From contig BK006935.2 of the NCBI GenBank assembly GCA_000146045.2, positions 32,001 through 96,000 of the forward strand: a stretch of DNA of 64,000 bases, read 5' to 3'. A model generated the notes under the pieces. It had not been told where the DNA came from. It worked only from the letters and a program-made list of their open reading frames with translations, and ran no database searches. The DNA comes from TPA_inf: Saccharomyces. Taxonomy: Eukaryota. A program made the position numbers and the translations under genes. The number at the start of each line of letters is the position of its first letter. The stretch's first letter is position 1. Below are positions 55,855 through 64,000 of the stretch, in pieces.

Positions 55855-58800
55855 TTATTTTCTGTCTAATTTTATAATTTTACTGACAGTAGCTAAGCCC
55901 TCTGTATTGCTGTTCTGTGTTATTGCACTAGTGTCATAACGCAGATGGTTTTTAGCAGAGTCAAATTGGGCAGAAAGCATAATTTCCATCTTCCCTGGCA
56001 AAGACAGATTTTCTCTTTTGATCACGTTAGCTAAATAATTCAAGATTTCGTTCGGTACTCCAGCTTCGCCCTTGTTAGCAGGCTTGTATTTCAACAGAAT
56101 TGCTTGTATTTGGGCTGGATTCAAGGCATACCAGAAATCGAATAGTAACTTGAACTCGTTCAAGTTGCTTATCTTCAACTGTAATATCTTGACAGCCTGA
56201 ATTATTTGAATCAAATTGGGACGAACGTCTTCAATTCTTGGTTCAAACCAGCTCACCAACCGCTCGATATTTCTATCCACTTCGTACCCATACTTCCAAT
56301 TTAACGCGGGACATTTGGTTATTAGGTCATTAAATAGCATTACGTTCAGATACTTCAGGGTGTCGTTAAAAATTTTTGTATGCATTGAGTCAACAACTTG
56401 AAATTTACACAAGACAGCATCAAATTCATTTAAGAATGTGAATAATTTAGCGAACTTCTCATCACCAGAATTTTTAAATAGCTTCTCGTTTAAAACCATA
56501 TCGAAGATCTCGATGTGGGCTGAAGCATGCTTCATGAATTTCACTAACCAAGTGGAATAAATCTTGTCGAATACTTTTAAAGTTTCATTCTCCAAATCAT
56601 TCAAATATATCAGTGTTAACTTATCTTTTTCATCACCACCATTCGCTTCATATAATGTTTTTTGATTTGCAGCAAATGCGGGAAGTCTGGAAAGATTACT
56701 TAACCAAAAGATACCACCAAGCATTGTTTCGTCCTTTGGTAGACTCATAACAATGCTTTCTACAGTCAATAGGACTTTCGAGATGAATTTGCTACTTTGA
56801 ATCAATAACCCATTTCTCACTAAGCTACTTACCACTGTAGTAATGACGTGTATAGGACCCAGAACATTGTCTCCATTCACCTCAGTAACATTTACTTTTT
56901 TCAAGTAACCTTCTGTGACTTCTAATGTGTAACAATTCAGGTCCATTAGTAATTCTAGAAGATCAGGATTTCCTGATTCTCTACGAATTACATTGACTAG
57001 CTTCGGTTTTACTTGTTGTCCTGCGATTCCCAAACCTTTCACTTTATCATTCTTATTAGCAGAATATGTGGTGGTGAAATCTTGTGCTATTACGTTTTCA
57101 ATAAACGCTAGTTCTTGCTTCATTGATTTGACTTCATCACTTAATCTTGAAGGTTTGTTACCTTTTATAGCAGCCAAACTTTGCATATGTGACTGTATTA
57201 AAGAAGATTGCTTCTTTTTTCTCTCCTTCAAGGCATTCTTCTTGTTTAAAGTATTCATGATTTCAACTTGTAACGTCTTCAGCTTGGAAATCTTATCATT
57301 ATAACCATTTACTATCGTTTCGTACTCTTGCCTTTGCTTAGATGGAATATTTGACAAATCTCCCTGCAACAACTGTGTTAATCTTGTATATGAGTCATTT
57401 AACATCTCTAGATTCAAAATGAAAGAGTTCTTAAATTCGATAGCTTCCTCCAGTAATCCAATCCCGTAACTAGCCCTAATATTCCGTTCTTCAACTTCTT
57501 TTTGCAGAACTATATACCTTCGTCTAGCTAACTGCATTCTCATGGCGCTTTGTACAAGAATGGAGCTCCTTTTCAATGTTCTGTAATCTGTTTTGTGACC
57601 ATATGATCTGATGTAGCTTTGGATAATTACTGCCGCCATGAGCATGAATTTCCTGTTAACACTATCTAAAATCAATTTTCTTTTACAGGTACATTGTAGT
57701 TTTATTATTTGCCCAATGGCAGCTCTATAGTATTCCCGTTTCCATAATGCTCTAATGTTCGTTTGTAGTAATATGGCAGCTCTTGTCTTGAGCTCATGAT
57801 CGACCCTTGTACGAACCAACAAACTTCTAATTTGGCTTTGGCACTTCTTTATTGATTCCATGGTCTGCAAATACTGAAGCCTATAGTATCTTGCCCTTAT
57901 CTTTTTCTGTATTATGATGCATATTTCATTCATTTTATTAGTCCTTAGCTTTTCCAAAAATGCAAGCATTCCTGCTTTAAAGAAAATTTTGGTATTACCA
58001 ATTTGGTATTTTGCTGAATCAGAGATAGTAGCATCTAGAATAGATTGACAGAAGTTGACGATTGCCTCTTTTGGGAGGTCTGGATTATAAAGAATTCCAC
58101 TCCATAAGCTGTAGTCCGTCAGGAGGAAATATCTTTGAACGAATTCGTCAAAAGTCCATCTTGATGGAAAGCCTGCACATGAAATCCTGATTGTTTCCAG
58201 CACACCACAAGCTCTTAATTGCGATAAGACCATCAAATTATCGAACTCCCATGGCTTTTTTTCAGAATTTGGTTTTATGCAACGAATATAATGAACATTA
58301 GTAGAATTTATGATGGCCATCAATTCCCCGAGCGATTTTTTGAACATAGATCCCAGGGTTGGTTTCTTTTGACTTAATCTTGCTGGGATCATTATCTTTT
58401 TTTCAGTATTTTGCTCTTCAGGAGCATCGTCACTCCTAAGTTCTCTGTTGTCTAAAATTTGTTTGAAAATTGGATTTGTCGTTGCTTTGAAAACATCCAG
58501 ATGACCTAGGGAAACGCTGTCTCTATTCTTTTCAATAAACCCTTCAACTTCATATTCTACATCAACAGCATAATGGCTTACTATAAACTTCGTTTGTCCG
58601 AATCTTGGCTTCGAAAAAACTTCATTTGAGGGCGGTTTATTAAAGGCAGAATATAGTTTTGAGGCCCATGATTCATCTGAGCCTGATGGTAATCTACTTT
58701 CTTCATCTAATAGAGAAAGTATTCCAAGTTTATTCTCAATCAAGTCTATGCAAGGTTGGTTGTCGCTGAACTCAATGAAAGACCACTCAATTTCCTCCTT

Positions 58801-60270
58801 TACATATTCTTCTTGCTCCAATTTGAAAACGTGCTGGTTGAACTCTTGTTGTAATTTTTCATTCGCATAGTTTATACAGAATTGTTCGAATGAGTTTTTC
58901 TCAAAATGCTCAAACCCGTAGATATCTAAAATACCAATAAAGGAAAAGACATGATCTTGTTGATCCAGCTCAGGATCGTATAATGTCTTGTTAATGTTGT
59001 CTACTAGCCAATCAAAAAGCGTGGAATAAATAAATTTCGCCACAGAGTCCCTAGCAATTAGCGCTTGATTGTAATTCAAATTAGTGACAATTTTTTCAGA
59101 CCTTGTGACGATTTGTTTCTTGACAATCCATTTTGCAAAATTGAAGGGATCAATACCCAATAATTCACATGCGATTTGCAGGTTTTGCTCTTCCGATGAT
59201 AGTGATGCGTCGTTTCTAGTCATTTTCATCTCGATATTACCTATATGTAGCAAGCCTGCAAGAATTTTGAAAATTCCAAGCTGAGTCTCGTGGTTTATAC
59301 CTACTAATGACAGGGCATCAGTGGTTATCTTGTATTCTCGAGCTTCATCTATACCAGCTATGTTCGGCTGTCCACCTTGGTTAGTATAATGGTAGTCCTT
59401 GGGAGATGACAAATGCAGTTCTTGTTTTACCGGTTCTGGCAATCCTTCCAAAATTTGGTAAAAAATATGGTAATTTCTTTCTGTCTCTGGCTGATAAACT
59501 AACCTGGATTTTTCCAAGAGATAGGTTCTAATTTTGGACCCCCTGATGGTAGTATTCTCATCAAATAAAATTTGCAGATATTTGCCGAAACGAGAGGAAT
59601 TATCATTTCTGGTAGTTTTGGCGTTACCAAAGGCTTCCATGATCGGGTTAGTAGCTAAAATTTGGCTCTCGATTTGAGACATTTCCACTTCCCCTTCACG
59701 ATTGTTGCTTTCTTGGACTGAGGCAAAGTATCTCATAATGTATTTAGCAGAGACGGTCTTACCAGCACCGGATTCACCACTGACTACAACAGTCTGGTTA
59801 GCCTTTTCATGGACCATGAACCTGTACGCCTCCTCTGCTATGGCAAAAAGGTGCGGCTCCAGCTCATCTTTACGCTTACTAGAATAATTCTGTATCATCT
59901 CGCGAGAGTACAAATGGTCGACTTTATCAAAGGGATTAGCGGCAATAAGGACAATACCAGAGTAAGTATATATCTGTCCATTCATGTATCTTTTTTTTAT
60001 GGCATGCAGCACTGCCGGTTCGTTCAGATATGATAGGGTGGTTAAGTCATCAGTAGACTCTAAAATAGGTGGGTTTCGTAGTACAGGTAGCGTGGGATGA
60101 TCATCATCATTTTCGAAGCTATTTGTTTCAATGGATACAGTTTCTCCATCCTCCAATTTCAACTCTAAGTGGAACGTTCCTTCAAAGAAGTCATTCTTGG
60201 TGACTTCGCCGCCTATCCAGCCTTGTTCTTTGTGAGGGTACCAACACTTAGTTCCTACTTCAAATGACAT
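55855..60270 (-). CDS. MYO4: Type V myosin motor (mRNA transport), 1471 aa
   Basis: Myosin head with P-loop GESGAGKT, IQ motifs and a C-terminal cargo-binding domain. 1471 aa. Confidence 0.95.
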   Translation of the reverse strand: MSFEVGTKCWYPHKEQGWIGGEVTKNDFFEGTFHLELKLEDGETVSIETNSFENDDDHPTLPVLRNPPILESTDDLTTLSYLNEPAVLHAIKKRYMNGQIYTYSGIVLIAANPFDKVDHLYSREMIQNYSSKRKDELEPHLFAIAEEAYRFMVHEKANQTVVVSGESGAGKTVSAKYIMRYFASVQESNNREGEVEMSQIESQILATNPIMEAFGNAKTTRNDNSSRFGKYLQILFDENTTIRGSKIRTYLLEKSRLVYQPETERNYHIFYQILEGLPEPVKQELHLSSPKDYHYTNQGGQPNIAGIDEAREYKITTDALSLVGINHETQLGIFKILAGLLHIGNIEMKMTRNDASLSSEEQNLQIACELLGIDPFNFAKWIVKKQIVTRSEKIVTNLNYNQALIARDSVAKFIYSTLFDWLVDNINKTLYDPELDQQDHVFSFIGILDIYGFEHFEKNSFEQFCINYANEKLQQEFNQHVFKLEQEEYVKEEIEWSFIEFSDNQPCIDLIENKLGILSLLDEESRLPSGSDESWASKLYSAFNKPPSNEVFSKPRFGQTKFIVSHYAVDVEYEVEGFIEKNRDSVSLGHLDVFKATTNPIFKQILDNRELRSDDAPEEQNTEKKIMIPARLSQKKPTLGSMFKKSLGELMAIINSTNVHYIRCIKPNSEKKPWEFDNLMVLSQLRACGVLETIRISCAGFPSRWTFDEFVQRYFLLTDYSLWSGILYNPDLPKEAIVNFCQSILDATISDSAKYQIGNTKIFFKAGMLAFLEKLRTNKMNEICIIIQKKIRARYYRLQYLQTMESIKKCQSQIRSLLVRTRVDHELKTRAAILLQTNIRALWKREYYRAAIGQIIKLQCTCKRKLILDSVNRKFMLMAAVIIQSYIRSYGHKTDYRTLKRSSILVQSAMRMQLARRRYIVLQKEVEERNIRASYGIGLLEEAIEFKNSFILNLEMLNDSYTRLTQLLQGDLSNIPSKQRQEYETIVNGYNDKISKLKTLQVEIMNTLNKKNALKERKKKQSSLIQSHMQSLAAIKGNKPSRLSDEVKSMKQELAFIENVIAQDFTTTYSANKNDKVKGLGIAGQQVKPKLVNVIRRESGNPDLLELLMDLNCYTLEVTEGYLKKVNVTEVNGDNVLGPIHVITTVVSSLVRNGLLIQSSKFISKVLLTVESIVMSLPKDETMLGGIFWLSNLSRLPAFAANQKTLYEANGGDEKDKLTLIYLNDLENETLKVFDKIYSTWLVKFMKHASAHIEIFDMVLNEKLFKNSGDEKFAKLFTFLNEFDAVLCKFQVVDSMHTKIFNDTLKYLNVMLFNDLITKCPALNWKYGYEVDRNIERLVSWFEPRIEDVRPNLIQIIQAVKILQLKISNLNEFKLLFDFWYALNPAQIQAILLKYKPANKGEAGVPNEILNYLANVIKRENLSLPGKMEIMLSAQFDSAKNHLRYDTSAITQNSNTEGLATVSKIIKLDRK

Positions 60271-60899
60271 GCGGGAGAACTGGTTATAGGATTTTTTTTG
60301 TTTTTTTGTGTTTTAGAATTAGATTGAATTATAAAAAGAAGAACAAAAGGGTATCGTATTGAAAATAAATTGTCTCGCCAAACTGGTAACAATGTTTTCA
60401 GCTAGAACAATAAGAAAAGAAGAGAAGGTAAAAAAAAAGGTGATAACTCCGTAGGAATTGAGGAATTGAGTATGCAGAATCAGAATAAAGGCTGACTTTC
60501 AAAAAAAGGTTGTATTACAATTGCAGGTTTTCGATAAAAGAGACCCTATTCTCATCTACTACTGCTAAACTTCGAGATATTTTCGAATTTTTCAGTCTTT
60601 TCTTTTTTTTTTTTCGCATTAGTTCAGAACCCTAAAGAATGGTAAACATTCTATGGATAACCCGGAGAGTGAGTTTCTTAAAGACCTAGTTTTATTTTAA
60701 GGGTTTTAACTCAATCTTGATGTTTTCATTGTGTACCCTAAAGAAAGTTTAAGAATAGCCCTAACTGTTACCTTTTGAAATAAAATAAGGGGAAGGTCAA
60801 AAAGCTATTGTTCTATTGTTATGAAACATTGTCTCAAAGAGTAAGAATAACACAAATTGATGGCAGTTTTTTACGTAGTCCAGTAGTTGTCCAGGTACA

Positions 60900-62486
60900 A
60901 TGCAAAATGCTCAAATAAAGAGCTCTTCTAAAGGCAGCGGAATAGATGGTACAGATCGCAATAGCAAAGATGGTGTAGAAAAGAGACCCCTGGAAGATGT
61001 AAAGCAAATGATTGACGCTGGAACACCAGATGTTGGCCACAAATCTACTGTTGAAACTAAGCCAAACGTTGGATGGCAAGCCTCTCACAGTAATTTGGCT
61101 GCATTACACGAAAAAGAGCAGAAATATGAAATGGAGCACCATCATGCTCGTCATAAACTGCATCGTCAAGTTATTCCGGATTACACGTCTGCCTCGACCG
61201 CAATGTTCAGCGATTGTATGTTCAACGCAGCACCAGATAAAGTACGAAGTCTCAGTACGATGAAGTCTTCTGGACTCTCGCCAAAACACCCATTTAACGT
61301 AGTCGCCACCTTTAAAGGACCATTCCCGCAGCATAGTGTAGAATCAAAGCCTCTCGATGGTGGATACTCTGCCAAAGACCATTTTCCCTCATTTAAGATG
61401 TTGCAAGCCCAGCAGCACCCAGCCCATCGCCATTACAAAGACAACGACAAGTACGGTCTTAAATCACCTTCCCGGTCCTTCGTGAAGGACAAGAAAAGGT
61501 TGGTTCACCGGTTTTTGAAATCCATGGAGCCTTCTTCGTCTGGGCAATCTAAGGATTCGTCTGCACTGGCGCCGGCTTTCGATCCAATATTGCCCAATGT
61601 TATATCTAAGCCTTCCAAGCGACCCACACATCATTCGCATTCATCAGACGGGAGTTCTAGCACGCAGACAGATATATCGTTACAGAGCTTGCTTTACCAT
61701 GATCTTGAAAGCTCACCAAAGAAACATGTTTCGCCCTCAAGACCGCCCTCTGTAGCTTCCGAATCCTCTCCTGCCGTTGCTAATCCCATTGGGCTTTCGC
61801 CAAAAGACGCCTGCAATGCATCGTTTTCGCAGTCGTCCTCATCTTCGTTGTCTTCTTCTTCATCGTCTTCATCATCGACGTCATTCTCACAGTCAGTGGC
61901 TGTTGATCCTCTTGAACCTCCTGGAAATATCACATATAGTAGTTCGAATCTTTCGCTAAATTCAGATGAATTAGACTACTATCAGCGTCATATCGGATTG
62001 CAGTTACAGCAGACAGAAGCTTTACTAAAGCACAGTTTGAAAGATGAGGTTCTGAAAGATGAAAATGACCTTGTTAAAAACATTGCAAATTTTGACAAGA
62101 TCGTTAAAGAGCTAAGGGACTTAAGATCCAGGACCATTGGATGGAAAGAGCTTGTTGAAGAGGATTATTTAATGAATTTGAAACAGGATTTTGACAAGGA
62201 AAACCCCGAATCATTTGAGGCACGTTTGAGTGATACAATAAATACAAACGTGGCAAAATTACAAGATTTAGAGAAAAGAATGGCTTCTTGCAAAGACAGG
62301 TTGGCCTCTAGGAAGGAAGTAATGAGGAAAATGGAAAGTTTATTGTCTTTGGAGAATTCCTTAATGATATCCAAAAAAAATGTAACATTCGCATCTAAAT
62401 ACCGCAACGAGGCCCTTGATATTGTCTTTTTAATTATCATCATCGTCATATGCTATACCTTCAAGCATCTAGTATCGCATAAATAA
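60900..62486 (+). CDS. FRT2: Tail-anchored ER membrane protein, 528 aa
   Basis: 528-aa ORF MQNAQIKSSSKGSGIDGTDRNSK... with a Ser-rich tract and a C-terminal transmembrane segment IVFLIIIIVICYTF. Confidence 0.88.
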   Translation: MQNAQIKSSSKGSGIDGTDRNSKDGVEKRPLEDVKQMIDAGTPDVGHKSTVETKPNVGWQASHSNLAALHEKEQKYEMEHHHARHKLHRQVIPDYTSASTAMFSDCMFNAAPDKVRSLSTMKSSGLSPKHPFNVVATFKGPFPQHSVESKPLDGGYSAKDHFPSFKMLQAQQHPAHRHYKDNDKYGLKSPSRSFVKDKKRLVHRFLKSMEPSSSGQSKDSSALAPAFDPILPNVISKPSKRPTHHSHSSDGSSSTQTDISLQSLLYHDLESSPKKHVSPSRPPSVASESSPAVANPIGLSPKDACNASFSQSSSSSLSSSSSSSSSTSFSQSVAVDPLEPPGNITYSSSNLSLNSDELDYYQRHIGLQLQQTEALLKHSLKDEVLKDENDLVKNIANFDKIVKELRDLRSRTIGWKELVEEDYLMNLKQDFDKENPESFEARLSDTINTNVAKLQDLEKRMASCKDRLASRKEVMRKMESLLSLENSLMISKKNVTFASKYRNEALDIVFLIIIIVICYTFKHLVSHK

Positions 62487-62686
62487 AAAATAGTATTTGT
62501 ATATCAAAAAATGATCCTGTGATTTTTTCATATGTAACGTATAAATGTAAAAATGTGCTTCTTCTGGTATTTTTAATCAAGTGGAAAGATGAGTGGAAAA
62601 AAGGGCAATGAAATAGAAAAGGACAGGCCTGAAAGGGAAGAATACAAGAAGATTGAGTATATTGGACTTCACAGTAACCGTGAAAA

Positions 62687-63472
62687 ATGGCACCAAGTAT
62701 AGCAACGGTAAAGATAGCCAGGGACATGGTTTTGCCATTACGTATATTTGTCAATAGAAAGCAGATCCTTCAAACCAATGATAAGACTAGCAATAAGTCG
62801 AATGCCACTATATTTGAAGCACCATTATTATCAAATAACTCCATAATCTGCTTAAAATCACCAAATACAAGAATATATTTATCGCAACAAGATAAGAAGA
62901 ATCTTTGTGACGAGATCAAGGAGGACCTGTTATTGATTGTTTACGAACTAGCGTCCCCGGAAATCATCAGTTCCGTACTCAGCAAAATAAGAGTTGGTCA
63001 TTCTACTGATTTCCAAATCAACGTTCTGCCCAAACTTTTTGCAGGTGCCGATACGGATAATGCGGTAACTTCTCACATCCAGTCTGTGACAAGGCTGGCT
63101 AAATTCAAATACAAGTTGCACTACAAACATAAGTGGGAGCTCGACATATTCATCAACAGCATTAAGAAGATCGCCAATTTAAGGCACTATTTGATGTTTC
63201 AAACATTAACATTAAACGGTTTCTCATTAAATGCAGGACCCAAAACGTTATTAGCTAGGAAAATAGAAAAACAGCCCCAGGTACCTAATTTGTTAATAGA
63301 AAATGGGGACGCTGATGCCCTGGATACACCGGTGGAAGAGGATATAAAACCTGTAATAGAATTTATGTACAAGCCTGTTATTAATTTAGGTGAAATTATT
63401 GATGTACATGTGTTGCATAGGCCTAGAAGACATAAGGTACGTACCCAGTCGAAGCAACCCCAGGAGGAATGA
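62687..63472 (+). CDS. SAW1: Single-strand-annealing factor that recruits Rad1-Rad10 to 3' flaps, 261 aa
   Basis: 261-aa ORF MAPSIATVKIARDMVLPLRIFVNRKQILQ... Confidence 0.88.
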   Translation: MAPSIATVKIARDMVLPLRIFVNRKQILQTNDKTSNKSNATIFEAPLLSNNSIICLKSPNTRIYLSQQDKKNLCDEIKEDLLLIVYELASPEIISSVLSKIRVGHSTDFQINVLPKLFAGADTDNAVTSHIQSVTRLAKFKYKLHYKHKWELDIFINSIKKIANLRHYLMFQTLTLNGFSLNAGPKTLLARKIEKQPQVPNLLIENGDADALDTPVEEDIKPVIEFMYKPVINLGEIIDVHVLHRPRRHKVRTQSKQPQEE

Positions 63473-63629
63473 AAAACCGATAACAAAGTGATGGCTTAAT
63501 ATTATAACTTCTATATAACGGATATATTTTATGGTAAATGTACATATTTCAGTAATGGTAATAATGACTTTTCTTTTTATCTTATTTTTATTTTTGTATT
63601 TTTTGTCTTCTGCTCTTTGTTTCTGTGCC

Positions 63630-64000
63630 TCATATATCAAATGAAATATCATCTCTCGAAGAACTGAATCTATTTGAATTTTGATTACCATCAGCAAATG
63701 GATTTTCAATGAACGGTTCTGCACTTTCAAAGTCGTTACTTCCCAGTCCATTATTGTCATTAAAGGGGTTCGCCGAAGCATCTTGTAATTCACCGTACTT
63801 ACCTCTCTTTTGAGTAGTATCATACATTCTGACAATTTTTTCTTGCCCACCCTCTTCAGCCTGTGAAAAGGCAAATCCTCTTTGTTTTTTCATTCTTTGC
63901 ACTTGCCTCACCTTCCTGATGGCATTTTGAAATTGCTGAACGTGCGGCCTAGAGTCGCTGATATTGTATTTCTGCATTTCTTGAATAACATGATACGTTT
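63630..64000 (-). CDS. DRS2: P4-ATPase aminophospholipid flippase, C-terminal tail only; the 5' end lies beyond the window
   Basis: The C-terminal tail ...RMKKQRGFAFSQAEEGGQEKIVRMYDTTQKRGKYGELQDASANPFNDNN... ends at the TGA stop (revcomp of 63630-63632). The frame is open to the window edge. Confidence 0.85.
   Translation of the reverse strand, partial: TYHVIQEMQKYNISDSRPHVQQFQNAIRKVRQVQRMKKQRGFAFSQAEEGGQEKIVRMYDTTQKRGKYGELQDASANPFNDNNGLGSNDFESAEPFIENPFADGNQNSNRFSSSRDDISFDI

Noticed and set aside
1-64000. Search for tRNA genes, Ty elements/solo LTRs, rDNA and CRISPR arrays
   Set aside because: I saw no tRNA-like cloverleaf context, LTR termini (TGTTGG...CCAACA) or direct-repeat arrays on reading through; CRISPR does not apply to a yeast nuclear chromosome. 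This stretch of chromosome I is known to lack tRNA and Ty insertions.

Overview
This window reads as a contiguous, gene-dense stretch of the left arm of Saccharomyces cerevisiae chromosome I, with genes in the order GDH3 to DRS2 (YAL062W to YAL026C). I recognise 35 protein-coding genes from their translated sequences. Two are truncated at the window edges: GDH3 at the left and DRS2 at the right. One, SNC1, contains a spliceosomal intron. The identification comes from my own recognition of the proteins, not from a database search. I found no tRNA, rRNA, Ty element, solo LTR or CRISPR array. I see no evidence of a previously undescribed system; almost every ORF is a known, characterised gene and the intergenic regions look like ordinary yeast promoters and terminators. 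The signals worth a second look are regulatory or organisational. They include the short CLN3 uORF with an ECB/Mcm1-like element and A2GA5 repeats in the long CLN3 upstream region. The CDC19 UAS has a Rap1 site, a CTTCC box and a duplicated CGGA-containing motif. The ACS1 promoter has a perfect CSRE match, a URS1-like element and a G10 run. A 2.2-kb intergenic region contains a perfect ARS consensus match. The tandem BDH2/BDH1 paralogs and the divergent BOL3/BOL1 pair next to GCV3 are organisational points of interest. Several ORF-caller start artefacts appear (a TTG start in RBG1, a GTG start in GDH3, in-frame upstream extensions of GEM1, GCV3 and FUN19), and several long antisense ORFs arise from codon bias; I have corrected or rejected these.
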